The notes under the pieces were generated by a model, which ran no database searches, was not told the origin of the DNA, and worked only from the letters and a program-made list of their open reading frames with translations. DNA of 63,944 nucleotides, counting the filler, from Octopus bimaculoides (taxonomy: Eukaryota), in NCBI RefSeq assembly GCF_001194135.2. It is 8 parts of 8 records of this genome, joined end to end, with 100 filler letters (N's around TTAATTAATTAA, not from the genome) between each part and the next. Parts side by side here need not be neighbours in the genome. Positions count along the whole stretch, not along the records: positions 20,329 to 29,642 come from NC_068987.1; positions 29,743 to 47,280 come from NC_068989.1; 6 more parts are not named here. One strand, given 5' to 3'. Below are positions 24,804 through 37,935 of this stretch, piece after piece. Within the stretch, counting starts at the first letter, position 1. Every line of letters begins with the position of its first letter. A program made the translations under genes and the position numbers.

Positions 24804-26499
24804 TAAATTTTTATAATAATTATTACCTCTGAAATTTTTATTCCCATGCTGGTCACCTGATAAGATCGGTATTTTTAAATAACGACCGTATCCTTATTTA
24901 TATAAATATATGTTTGCTTCTGTGTGTGCGTGTGTGTGTGTACACGTCTGTGTCTGTGTGTGTCAGTGTATTATGCATATGTGTGTATATGCGGGAGGAG
25001 TAATGTAACTGTTGATTCTTTTAACTTACACAATTATCTTTTCTTTCCAGTTCAATTATCTCTTTTTTAGGGAGAAGTATTAACACAATACGCATTTCAC
25101 GTATCTCTTTTACATCGATATTTTTATTGTAGATAAAATTTAAAATACTATATTCATCAATTTTTTTTTTTGATACTATTCAATATCCTAACCTAAAAGG
25201 CATCACTGTATCTCGACAGCGACTCTCACATTATGTTATTCATTATTCCATCAGAAGACCAATGTGTGCAGATACTTTACTTATAACGTACTCATTTCAA
25301 ACTTTCTTCAATCAAATAAATAGCCATGACAATTATTTTACCTATGGTCAATGATATTCTCCGTCTCCCTTTGATGATTTTCAATTACCGTTGCTAAAAC
25401 CGTACGTGCCGATAATTTTCATGCAATATGAATTACCCAATTATAATAACTAGGGTCATACTTATTAGGACATATAATTGCTTCAATCACAGGTTAATGT
25501 AGTCGATAATAAAAAGAAACAAATGGCGCCCATTCACGGTTATGTATAAAACTATCTTCTTACAAATTTTATCGCTAAATTAGACTAATTTATAGAAGAA
25601 TTAATAGTACTCAATTAAAAATAAGATAAAATTACTCTGTTATTTGAATTTTGATGCAGTCTTATTCATTGAAAATATAGTTTCAAGTTGATCGTATTTA
25701 ATTCATTGAAAATATAATTTCAGCACATTTTACAATTTTGAGGTCAGTTATTTCGAAAGATGACGTACAACGGTCTGTTGCTTTAACTCATTGTAAAAAC
25801 GGAAGTTTTATCATTCACTTTGTTCATATTAAATCCTACATTATATGTTACCTTTTACTAAAATATCGAAATAAAGTTAAGATATTATCCGATTGACTTT
25901 ATTTCTATCTGTAATTAACTGGTCCATTTCATTCAGATTTACTACTAAACTAGTACGTTGCACTGAAATTCAACTAAACGAATTACACATTAATACGGTA
26001 CGCAATTAAACAGACTCAATTTCAACAAAGAATTATACATAACATAGTGTGTGTTAAGCATAAAACTGAGATGATCGTGCATCAAAAGTTCCATTGTGAA
26101 TCTTTTCCATTTTCCACCACGTGTCTGAAAAGAAAGCATTATTTATACTACAAAAGATTTGATCCACTGACCTTGCTGCAATCGAATTACTTACCTGACA
26201 GTTTCAAGCTATCAATCTCTCCATGAGAAACGTCTTGTCAACTAATTTCCTTGGAATATATCAGTTAATCCAAATTTGTTGAAGCACAATATTACATATA
26301 TAAGATGTTACTACATTTGTATTTCCTATTTTGTATTTAGTACTTAGAAAGTGTAGAAAGTGTATTAAATATATCAATTCATTACACTCAGTTATATTAA
26401 TTTTTTTATTACGATGTATTGTTGTTGTTTTTTAGCCTAAGATAAAACCTAGTCGATCAGATGTTTTAGGGTCAGTAGAATTTTAGTTGTGAAATGCTA

Positions 26500-26945
26500 T
26501 GTTTTTCCACCTACGTTTTCCAATCTATGTTTTCCAGCAACTTCTGTTGTGACTACAATAGAACTGATTGGGTAGTCCATTGTTTCGCAATGCTTCTCCA
26601 TGTCCTTCTTGTAATTCTTTGTTTTCAATTTTATTTCTTCTTTCAATACTCCCTCATTCCTAACTAACATTAGCAAGGTTTCCTTACTTTGGTATAGGTA
26701 TCTCATAAAGCTCCCGAGTTCAATATGTACGCAGTTTTCCATACTTATCACTTGCTTTCCTCCATTTTCTCTCTTCATGTATAGGCAACAAGTGGCTGCA
26801 TGCATTGTCGGGAGAATCTCGTCTTACTGTCTAACTCCTTTAGCTCCTCCTCTGTCCATTTCAGGATTCCAGCAACATACCGAAATACGGCGACTGCGTG
26901 CGAGTTTATTGCCGTAATTATGTTTCTGCCATTCAAATTTCAAGC
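26500..26945 (-). mobile_element. R4/Dong-clade LINE fragment (post-RT region), old copy
   Basis: AINSHAVAVFRYVAGILKWTEEELKELDSKTR..LYMKRENGG..SMENCV..E. Confidence 0.75.
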
Positions 26946-26987
<42 letters not shown>

Positions 26988-27098
26988 CATCATCATCACT
27001 ACTACTACTACTACTACTACCACTACTATACTGCTGCTGCTGCTGCTGCTGNNNNNNNNNNNNNNNNNNNNTATTATTACTATTATTATCATCATCAT

Positions 27099-27160
<62 letters not shown>

Positions 27161-27200
27161 TTATTATTATTATTATTATTATTATTATAATTATTATTGC
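26946..27200. repeat. Compound (ATT)/(CAT)/(ACT)/(GCT)n microsatellite
   Basis: Direct reading; the inverse-strand equivalent lies at 28020-28230. Confidence 0.95.
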
Positions 27201-27204
27201 CTTT

Positions 27205-28019
27205 ACACAGCTTATAACCCTGACGATGTACTATTTTCTCAACTGTTCACTACCAGTGAACTAGAGTAACACCTCTTATTTTTTGAGCACCTTCCGGAGT
27301 ATTCGAGCGGTTCCAAGCAGTGCTGTTTTCTGCAAGTGCTCCAACTTTATTGCAGCCCCTATTTGTTCCATGTACTTCTCAAGATTTTTGCTCACTGTTC
27401 CTTGGGCTCCGACAATTATTGGTGCTACTACCACCTGTTTCATCGACTACAACTGCTTAACCTCCCAATCTAACCTGTCATATCTATCGAATTTTCTTTC
27501 TTCCTTATCGCATACCTTGTTGTCAGCTGGGCATGCTATATCTATGATCCACCATAGTTTGTTTTCTTTCTCAATTAAGACTATGTTTGGCTTCCTATTC
27601 TCTATCTCATGGTCGCACTGAATCATAAAATCCCCAAAGATCGTTGCAATATTAGTTTCGATGATGCCTTTGGGTTTGGGGTCGTACCAATTTTTTGCTC
27701 TGTCAAGTCCATGCTTGTTGCAACGTGCCCAATGGACAAGCCTTGCTATACTGCCCCGGTGTCTCATATTCCTTCCGGGCTAGTGGCGTACATTGTCTGG
27801 TAATATGCCATACGGTTTCACTATTGTGTCCACAGATTCTGTACTTATCACTTTCTGATCCGTTGTCTATTCTGTATTTTATGTAGTTTGTTCTCAGTGC
27901 TTGCTCTTAGGCAGCATAGATTAGAGGCTCCGTTACCGGTTTTAAAATACATATAGTCATTCACAGCCATCTTTTTCTCTGTCTGTCTTATCTTCAATAT
28001 CCCTATGAAATTGTCCATT
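27205..28019 (-). mobile_element. R4/Dong-clade LINE 3' part (zinc knuckle + REL endonuclease + tail)
   Basis: GQFHRDIEDKTDREK, LRTNYIKYRID, RICGHNSETVWHIT..C, IARLVHW, RKPNIVL (PD to PN), IIDIACPAD, KEERK; several frameshifts. Confidence 0.9.
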
Positions 28020-28149
28020 ATTATAATCATTATTATTATTGTTGTTGTTGTTGCTGTTGATGTTGTTAGTAGTAGTAGTTGTAGTGGCAGCAGCAGCAGC
28101 AGTAGTAGCAGAGTACCCGTAGTAGTAGTAGTAGTTGTAGTAGTAGTAA

Positions 28150-28206
<57 letters not shown>

Positions 28207-28926
28207 CAGCAGTAGTAGTAGTAGTAGTAACAACAGAGCCGTGTAAGTAGCCATAGATTCAGCAGCTTTGCGAGCAGCGATGTTTGCTTACTTAACGAAT
28301 TTTGTATAGCCATTTCTTTTTTCCCAAACAGCTAACCGTGTCTCCGTTATGATGCCATATGATGTTCTTGATACACTTATGTGATTATCGGCAAATAATA
28401 TTTCGGCAGGTAGATAGACAAGATTTATGACAGCGACAACATTGATTCATTTATGTAAAAATCAATGGTTCACAACAACAAATAAATTAATATATATTTA
28501 GCCGAGAAACGCATATAATTTACGATCGCCGTGTTAATAAATTGCACTAACAGACGTTGAACCGTTTTGTTGTGCTTTGTTTCTGATCAGAAATATATTC
28601 CGCTCTTTTGTTTTTGTTCGTCTAATTTGCTGAGGATAATTTTGTGTGCAGGAATTCATTTGAAATATATGTTGCGGTGTGAAAATCGCCGATTGTGCTA
28701 ATTGGCATCTTTTCGTCTTGTTTTGTTTGTAATCAATACAATAACATTCCTCTGTTATGTTTATCCAAATAGGTCGACCTAATCTAAACAGATTTCAACC
28801 ATATATGTATATATTCATTTTAGTTGTACATTTATGTACGTGACAGACATAAGCAAATATATATGTGCCTGTGTGAGAGTGTGTATGTGCGTGTTTGTAT
28901 ATGGTGGTGTTTGGGTATATGTGTAA

Positions 28927-28977
<51 letters not shown>

Positions 28978-29584
28978 CACGTACACACAAACACANNNNN
29001 NNNNNNNNNNNNNNNNNNNNNNNNNNNNNNNNNNNNNNNNNNNNNNNNNNNNNNNNNNNNNNNNNNNNNNNNNNNNNNNNNNNNNNNNNNNNNNNNNNNN
29101 NNNNNNNNNNNNNNNNNNNNNNNNNNNNNNNNNNNNNNNNNNNNNNNNNNNNNNNNNNNNNNNATATATATAAAGGACATAGTACATATAAGCACGAATA
29201 AACGGAAAGCAAACTCAGAAGTTCGCCAAATCCTCCTTAGTTATCATCCAAATAATCTTCGAAATTTCGAACATTCAACGATAATATTAGTAGCGCCAGT
29301 GACAAGAAACCGCCAGGAGATAGTGAACCAACGGAGAGAGGATCACACATGACAGAGAGGAGACATACAAATATGAAATGAATAGGTAATATACAATATA
29401 GAAACGAAATGATATTCAAAACAAGACGAATAATGGACGGTCTAGACACAAAGACGAAAGCAAACAAGACAGAATGTGGATATACGAGCACTATGAAATA
29501 CAGAAACAGAATGTATATCATACATGCGTGTGTGTGTGTTTGTGTCCGTGAGTGTGTGTGCGCGTGTGGCTGTCTGTGTGTGTG

Positions 29585-29635
<51 letters not shown>

Positions 29636-30099
29636 GTCTATGNNNNNNNNNNNNNNNNNNNNNNNNNNNNNNNNNNNNNNNNNNNNTTAATTAATTAANN
29701 NNNNNNNNNNNNNNNNNNNNNNNNNNNNNNNNNNNNNNNNNNAGTGTGTGCATGTGTGTGTGCGAACGTGTGTGATTGTAATAATAGATATGTAAACATA
29801 CGCCTTTATATAAATGTATATGCATGTATATGTACATATATCTATGTATATATATATATATTTGTACATATGTGTGTGCGTGTGTTCGTGTGTACACATG
29901 TTTATGTTTGAATAAATATACATATAGGGTTGTACATATATATGTATATATGTATATGAAGTTGAAACTTACTTGCAAATGGACGCGTGAGTTCGATGAT
30001 ATAATATATATAAGCATATGCATGTATACATACATATATGTACATATATACACACACACACACTCCCTCTCTCTCTCTATCTCTCTCTCTCTATCTCTA

Positions 30100-30146
<47 letters not shown>

Positions 30147-30164
30147 CTCACACACATAACCTAT

Positions 30165-30362
30165 TCTACTCTAGGTACAAGGCCCGAAATTTTTGGTAAG
30201 GGGACCAGTCGATTAGATCAACCCCAAAAAGCAACTGCTTTTTAATTTATCGGCTCCGAAAGGATGAAAGGCAAAGTCGACCTCGGTATTATATGAACTC
30301 AGAACGTCTTTACCGCTAAGCATTTCGCCCAGCGTACTAACGTTTCCCAGCTCACCGCCTTA
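30165..30362 (-). mobile_element. SINE family B (tRNA head + GCCTTTCATCCTTTCGG Nin/Deu-like box)
   Basis: Reverse complement of the copies at 37027, 51962 and 54776. Confidence 0.85.
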
Positions 30363-32336
30363 CTCACACACACATAATCTGTGTCATTTCTCTTGGTACA
30401 AGCTCTGCTCTAACTCCATTACCCAATTATCTAATTTGCCAAACCTTTTCTTTTTTTTATAATTCAGCAGAGTGTAATTTGAGGAAAGTCGTGTTAGTAT
30501 TTTTAGCATGATGAGTAACCACACTGGGGTGCTCTCCTTGGCTCACTCACATGATAATATTAACTGCTGGGTGTGTTTCGGAGGTTGCGGTTAAGACGGA
30601 CAGCTGCTTCGTTATTTGTTTTAGCGGTTTTAAACGCCGTTATAGATTTTGATCCGGAATAAGTAGTGTATAAAGAGCAAAGTCTAATGCGTTTGGCTGT
30701 TGGCAGAGCTAAAATGTAGGNNNNNNNNNNNNNNNNNNNNNNNNNNNNNNNNNNNNNNNNNNNNNNNNNNNNNNNNNNNNNNNNNNNNNNNNNNNNNNNN
30801 NNNNNNNNNNNNNNNNNNNNNNNNNNNNNNNNNNNNNNNNNNNNNNNNNNNNNNNNNNNNNNNNNNNNNNNNNNNNNNNNNNNNNNNNNNNNNNNNNNNN
30901 NNNNNNNNNNNNNNNNNNNNNNNNNNNNNNNNNNNNNNNNNNNNNNNNNNNNNNNNNNNNNNNNNNNNNNNNNNNNNNNNNNNNNNNNNNNNNNNNNNNN
31001 NNNNNNNNNNNNNNNNNNNNNNNNNNNNNNNNNNNNNNNNNNNNNNNNNNNNNNNNNNNNNNNNNNNNNNNNNNNNNNNNNNNNNNNNNNNNNNNNNNNN
31101 NNNNNNNNNNNNNNNNNNNNNNNNNNNNNNNNNNNNNNNNNNNNNNNNNNNNNNNNNNNNNNNNNNNNNNNNNNNNNNNNNNNNNNNNNNNNNNNNNNNN
31201 NNNNNNNNNNNNNNNNNNNNNNNNNNNNNNNNNNNNNNNNNNNNNNNNNNNNNNNNNNNNNNNNNNNNNNNNNNNNNNNNNNNNNNNNNNNNNNNNNNNN
31301 NNNNNNNNNNNNNNNNNNNNNNNNNNNNNNNNNNNNNNNNNNNNNNNNNNNNNNNNNNNNNNNNNNNNNNNNNNNNNNNNNNNNNNNNNNNNNNNNNNNN
31401 NNNNNNNNNNNNNNNNNNNNNNNNNNNNNNNNNNNNNNNNNNNNNNNNNNNNNNNNNNNNNNNNNNNNNNNNNNNNNNNNNNNNNNNNNNNNNNNNNNNN
31501 NNNNNNNNNNNNNNNNNNNNNNNNNNNNNNNNNNNNNNNNNNNNNNNNNNNNNNNNNNNNNNNNNNNNNNNNNNNNNNNNNNNNNNNNNNNNNNNNNNNN
31601 NNNNTAGTGGGTAGCATTAGGAATTAAATCTTCCAAATACTGGAATAGCACAGTTGCTGAACGTAATGCGTGAGTTACCAGAACTTCATCATAGTACTAT
31701 GTAAATTCGTCGATTAATATGCTAAACTTTGAAAAAAAAAACACTAAATTTTCATTTTCCGAAATACCTTACAAGGGGAAAAAAATCGTTTGAAAATCGA
31801 TATTAATGAAAAGGAAAAAAATTAATTGGATGCTGCTTTATGTTTTATGAGAATATTGGCTTGCATCAGGATATAATAAACAAATTAAATGTATTTATTA
31901 ATTTTTTAAATATTGTAAAAGGAATGCTCGTTTCGAAATGGTTTTTCATAGTCTTCTCTTTGTTCATGACCCTGTAGCAGTTGAGTTCATTTTAAAATTA
32001 TCTTTTAAGTTGCACAGCTTTCTCTCTCGACATATTTTTATCATAATAACATTCATATCTAGGATACATTACTGGAACAGTACAAGTTCAATGTAGTATA
32101 ATCCGGAGGTAGATTCTGTGTCAGTATATTTTAGGATAAAGCACACACAACTGAGTTAATAGGTAATTAGTTATACACTGTGAGGAAAAAATATAGGATA
32201 GTTCATCATTTCGGATCGTGTACCTTCGTCAAGAGACTGTGATGAATAAGTAAAGAATGAATTGTTCAGTAATAGACCTACTGTAGATGAAAAGTGTTGA
32301 AAAATGGACGGCTGAAGAAGGATTATAATGAAATTG

Positions 32337-32665
32337 CATGGCTTAGTGTTTAGAGTGTTGCATTCATAATCATGAGGTAGTGAGTTCGTTTCCTGGACCA
32401 GGCTGTGTACTGTGTTCTTGAGCAAGACACTTTATTTCATGTTGTTCCAGTTCACTCAGCTGTAGAAATGAGTTGCGATGTCATTGGTGCCGAGCTATAT
32501 CGCCCGCTGCCTTTCCTTTTGGATAACATCAGTGGCATAGAGAGGGGAGGCTGGTATGCATGGGCGACTACTGGTCTTCTATATACAACTTTGTCCAGGT
32601 TTATGCCAAGGAGGGGAACATTCTAGGTCCAATCCAATTGTCATTCATGACCGAAGCTGGTCTTT
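32337..32665 (+). mobile_element. SINE family D
   Basis: tRNA-like A/B boxes GGCTTAGTGTTTAG..GAGTTCGTTTCC; matches 4690-5015. Confidence 0.8.
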
Positions 32666-32699
32666 AGCATTTTAATCCACGATGAAAGAGAAGTTTCGC

Positions 32700-33060
32700 A
32701 GAAGACAAAAATAAATTTTGAAAAAGGAGAAAATAAAGTGAAAGAATAAAACAATATTGAAGAGAAATTAATGAAATATTTTTCTGAATAGTTCGGCAGA
32801 TTCAGAAAACAATGTGGAATCCATAACATTGGGACTGTTTGTGGAAGTTCGAGTCAGAATGATAGTGCAACAGACAGATATACGACCAGAACATTTTTTT
32901 ATTAAACGTAGTAGTTACGTTGGCGGTAGTAATGTTGAAATTATTTATTCATTTATTACCTTTGATGAATTTTGATGACTCGGGATTGTTCTGGAAGCGA
33001 AAGATTAATAAAACTTTGTTGATGAAGAAATTAAATTGGTAACTTGACGTTATAGGGACA
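32700..33060 (+). mobile_element. Highly decayed pogo/Tigger transposase remnant
   Basis: FGRFRKQCGIHNI..GSSS and NFDDSGLFWKRK resemble the Tigger WF.RFKKR.GIHN..GE.ASAD and FN.DETGLFWK motifs. Confidence 0.5.
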
Positions 33061-35359
33061 ACAACAGAAATCACTCAACTTAGCTTTCACCAGATAATGT
33101 CGATAGCAGATGACGAGAATTCTGGAGAATTGCTTGATTACAATGATGTAGCCTTAAATGAGGAAAGCATTTTAATTTAATTTGTATTTTTCTTTCAGGT
33201 TTTGTTTTATTCTTTCACTATTTATTTTTTGTCAGGTTTCTGTATTTTTGTTATTTCTGTGAAGAACGAGATTTTACTGCATTAAATCGAATTATAAAAC
33301 CCAGTATTCGAATATTTGTAATCAGTTATCAACCGCATAATATCAAGAAACGAATTATCCAAATACACACTAATTAGGATTTTCAAGCATTTTTTTCTTT
33401 TTCTTTTTTTCTTTTCTTTTTTTTTCTTTTTTTTTTTTTTTTTTTTTTTTTTTTNNNNNNNNNNNNNNNNNNNNNNNNNNNNNNNNNNNNNNNNNNNNNN
33501 NNNNNNNNNNNNNNNNNNNNNNNNNNNNNNNNNNNNNNNNNNNNNNNNNNNNNNNNNNNNNNNNNNNNNNNNNNNNNNNNNNNNNNNNNNNNNNNNNNNN
33601 NNNNNNNNNNNNNNNNNNNNNNNNNNNNNNNNNNNNNNNNNNNNNNNNNNNNNNNNNNNNNNNNNNNNNNNNNNNNNNNNNNNNNNNNNNNNNNNNNNNN
33701 NNNNNNNNNNNNNNNNNNNNNNNNNNNNNNNNNNNNNNNNNNNNNNNNNNNNNNNNNNNNNNNNNNNNNNNNNNNNNNNNNNNNNNNNNNNNNNNNNNNN
33801 NNNNNNNNNNNNNNNNNNNNNNNNNNNNNNNNNNNNNNNNNNNNNNNNNNNNNNNNNNNNNNNNNNNNNNNNNNNNNNNNNNNNNNNNNNNNNNNNCACA
33901 CACACACACACACACACGCACACACACACACACACACACACATATAGACATATACATACACTTGCAGACATATACTGCACGTACTTAAATGATGTTTTAC
34001 AGTCTCGTATTCATTACAGACATAATGTATATGTGTGTGTGTGAGTTGGTGCGTGTGTGTGTGTGTGTGTATGAATCTATGTAAGCAACTTTGCAATTAT
34101 GTATGCGTATATATCTATATGTGCATATATGTATATATGCACTATACAAATATATGTATGTGTGTGTATGTGCATATATGTGTGTGTATATATATATACA
34201 TTTGTGTGTGTGCGTACGCACACACAGGCATACAGAGACAAAGACACACACACACACTCACACACATAAGCGCATGTTTACTCACACAAACTGCACCTCA
34301 TATCAGTTTCGTACATAATACATGCAAACAAACAAGTTCAGAGATGTAAACATATCATCTATGTATACGTAAATAGATACATGCCTACTCACATAGGAAA
34401 AGACACACACACATGCACCTGCTTTTGTGTATCCATTAGATATATAACATTTGCTCGCTTGTATCCATTATNNNNNNNNNNNNNNNNNNNNNNNNNNNNN
34501 NNNNNNNNNNNNNNNNNNNNNNNNNNNNNNNNNNNNNNNNNNNNNNNNNNNNNNNNNNNNNNNNNNNNNNNNNNNNNNNNNNNNNNNNNNNNNNNNNNNN
34601 NNNNNNNNNNNNNNNNNNNNNNNNNNNNNNNNNNNNNNNNNNNNNNNNNNNNNNNNNNNNNNNNNNNNNNNNNNNNNNNNNNNNNNNNNNNNNNNNNNNN
34701 NNNNNNNNNNNNNNNNNNNNNNNNNNNNNNNNNNNNNNNNNNNNNNNNNNNNNNNNNNNNNNNNNNNNNNNNNNNNNNNNNNNNNNNNNNNNNNNNNNNN
34801 NNNNNNNNNNNNNNNNNNNNNNNNNNNNNNNNNNNNNNNNNNNNNNNNNNNNNNNNNNNNNNNNNNNNNNNNNNNNNNNNNNNNNNNNNNNNNNNNNNNN
34901 NNNNNNNNNNNNNNNNNNNNNNNNNNNNNNNNNNNNNNNNNNNNNNNNNNNNNNNNNNNNNNNNNNNNNNNNNNNNNNNNNNNNNNNNNNNNNNNNNNNN
35001 NNNNNNNNNNNNNNNNNNNNNNNNNNNNNNNNNNNNNNNNNNNNNNNNNNNNNNNNNNNNNNNNNNNNNNNNNNNNNNNNNNNNNNNNNNNNNNNNNNNN
35101 NNNNNNNNNNNNNNNNNNNNNNNNNNNNNNNNNNNNNNNNNNNNNNNNNNNNNNNNNNNNNNNNNNNNNNNNNNNNNNNNNNNNNNNNNNNNNNNNNNNN
35201 NNNNNNNNNNNNNNNNNNNNNNNNNNNNNNNNNNNNNNNNNNNNNNNNNNNNNNNNNNNNNNNNNNNNNNNNNNNNNNNNNNNNNNNNATCTATTTTTCT
35301 ACCTATCTAGCTATCTGTCTCTATCTATCTATTACATATATATATATATATATATATGG

Positions 35360-35500
35360 GAGAATATACAAAAAATAACAACAGACGAGGACAGGTGGTG
35401 TAAATAACAAAAGTATATATTAGTATGACGCTCGGGAATACGGAAAGTCTTTGACGTTTCGAGCTACGCTCTTCAACAGAAAGAATACGGAGACAAGGAG
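35360..35500 (-). mobile_element. Penelope-type terminal repeat fragment
   Basis: Partly homologous to 620-750; carries a hammerhead-like motif. Confidence 0.55.
35448..35484 (-). ncRNA. Minimal type I hammerhead-like motif with U6 core
   Basis: TCTTT-CTGTTGA-A-GAG-CGTAG-CTC-GAAACGT-C-AAAGA: perfect 5-bp stem I, 3-bp stem II, palindromic ACGT, GUC triplet. Confidence 0.65.
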
Positions 35501-36417
35501 AAAAACACGACATACAGAAACACACGCATATAGATACAAATGATTACATCGTGCACGCATATGCACCTATCATTCACCCAAACGTAAACTCTGACAGGAA
35601 CACTTACCCTGCACATACATAAACACTGCCACACAAAAAAAGCCAAGCGAACTACATAACACAAAATTGTAATAACATAGACGATCAGTGTTTGAAAACC
35701 CAAATCCCACAGAGACGACCGATTCTGTACAAGTATATGACTCAGACTTTTATAACTCGACAAACAAATACTAATTAACACTGTGTCGGGTGGAGGAAGG
35801 GTAGGGGACGGGTGGGGAACGGGTAGTAAAATCGTGGTGTCGGGTGAGGAAGAGACGGAGAGAGAGAGAGAGAGGGAGTGAGCAAATAAACAACGCAAAA
35901 GATTTGACAGATGTGCTGTTGCATATGAAGACAAAAAAAAGAAAACACTTGTTGACTCTTTAGACAGGTGNNNNNNNNNNNNNNNNNNNNNNNNNNNNNN
36001 NNNNNNNNNNNNNNNNNNNNNNNNNNNNNNNNNNNNNNNNNNNNNNNNNNNNNNNNNNNNNNNNNNNNNNNNNNNNNNNNNNNNNNNNNNNNNNNNNNNN
36101 NNNNNNNNNNNNNNNNNNNNNNNNNNNNNNNNNNNNNNNNNNNNNNNNNNNNNNNNNNNNNNNNNNNNNNNNNNNNNNNNNNNNNNNNNNNNNNNNNNNN
36201 NNNNNNNNNNNNNNNNNNNNNNNNNNNNNNNNNNNNNNNNNNNNNNNNNNNNNNNNNNNNNNNNNNNNNNNNNNNNNNNNNNNNNNNNNNNNNNNNNNNN
36301 NNNNNNNNNNNNNNNNNNNNNNNNNNNNNNNNNNNNNNNNNNNNNNNNNNNNNNNNNNNNNNNNNNNNNNNNNNNNNNNNNNNNNNNNNNNNNNNNNNNN
36401 NNNNNNNNNNNNNNNNN

Positions 36418-36451
<34 letters not shown>

Positions 36452-36457
36452 GATATA

Positions 36458-36600
36458 CAGTGGTGGAAGACACAGCTGAAAAAAAAATGTTAGCTTCGCT
36501 AACCGCTAATCCGCTAACTAAAAGAGTTAGCATTGCAAACGCTAAACCGCTAAACAGGCAAAAACTAAGATAGCGGTAACGCTAACTGATAATCGCTAAT
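36458..36600 (+). mobile_element. Probable DNA-transposon end with clustered CGCTAA subterminal motifs
   Basis: Begins TA-CAGTGGTGGAAG; seven exact CGCTAA in 36497-36599; partner end not found. Confidence 0.45.
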
Positions 36601-37026
36601 TTTTGTCATATGAATTTAGCTTCGGTTTCGTTTTTTAACTCTAAAACCCTTAAAAACAGATCTAGAGAGCTGAAATTTTCGTATTGTAGATTAGACATAG
36701 AGCTTTCCAAAAAGGTATAACATGTCAAGATCAGATGATGGTCAAAGGTGTATGCAAATAATTAAATGAACAAATGAAATTAAACATTAGTTTTTCAGTC
36801 AACATACATTTTATTTACAGTACAAAGAGTATTAAACCAATCGAAAAGGTATAGTACAGCATAGGTATCATACCAAGATCAGATGATGATCGAAGTGTAC
36901 TACGCTGGCTGGGCCTTCTCTATCGCCTCGACGTGATGCTGGTTGCCCTTCATAAACATCCGTCTCTCAAAGTTACCATCTGAAAGAGTGGCGCGCTTGG
37001 CCCTCAAAATACCTTTACCTATAGAA

Positions 37027-37512
37027 AGGCGGCGAGCTGGCAGAAACGCTAGCATGCCGGGCGAAATGCTTTAGCGGTATTTCGTCTGTCTTTACGTTCT
37101 GAGTTCAAATCCCGCCGAGGTCGACTTTGCCTTTCATCCTTTCGGAGTCGATTAAATAAGTACCAATTAAGCACTAAGGAGTCAATCTGATCGACTTACC
37201 CCATTATGTAAGCGCGTAGCTTAGTGGTTAGGGTGTTGGACTGATGACTGTAAGAGTGTGGTTTCGTTTCCTGGACCCGGCGATGCGTTGTGGTCTTCAG
37301 CAAAACCCTTCATTTAACATTGTTCTAGTCCGCTCACATGGCAAAAGGGAGTAATCCTGTGACGGACCAGCGTCCCATCCAGGCGGGATGTTTACACGCC
37401 ATGAAACCGGCAAACCAGTCCTTATGGGTCGGCATGATCCCAGAAAGTAACTTGGCCTTTTTTTTACTTACTCCATTCCTGGAAATTGCTGGCCTTGTGC
37501 CAAAATTTCAAA
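37027..37512 (+). mobile_element. SINE B interrupted by a D-head SINE (37206-37465)
   Basis: B body stops at 37205 and resumes at 37478; 12-bp TSD ACTTACCCCATT / ACTTACTCCATT. Confidence 0.85.
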
Positions 37513-37898
37513 CTAATATATACAACATTTATAGTTGTCTGGTTGAGCATCTGTATTTATACTCGGTCGAAATGTTATAGTTCCATCCGGAGGGAAAACG
37601 TGCTGAATGCAGTTCCTGTAGAGAGTCGACATACGCCTGCCTTCTTTCAACTTTTGCTATTTACAATTTGAAAAGTAGCTAAAGCGCCTTTCCTACGTTA
37701 AGAAAACTGTCGGGAATCCGCTGGAGCTGACTACTGAGTTTTCGTCCCCTTATTTTTTGTTTATTTATTTATTTATTTAGTTAGTTTAGCTGATCTTGCA
37801 TATTTCTCCTTCATATCAAAGTTATCGATTATTACCACTTTCCTACATAGAGTTGTAGTGTTGAATAACCCAGCTGGCTAAATGTGTGTGTGTGTGTG

Positions 37899-37935
<37 letters not shown>

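Noticed and set aside
26575-28019. Circular permutation of a single R4 element (GTCCATT shared at 26575 and 28013)
   Set aside because: The 7-mer falls on the conserved HG codons, and the older fragment appears to continue past it with its own diverged sequence; two copies is simpler.
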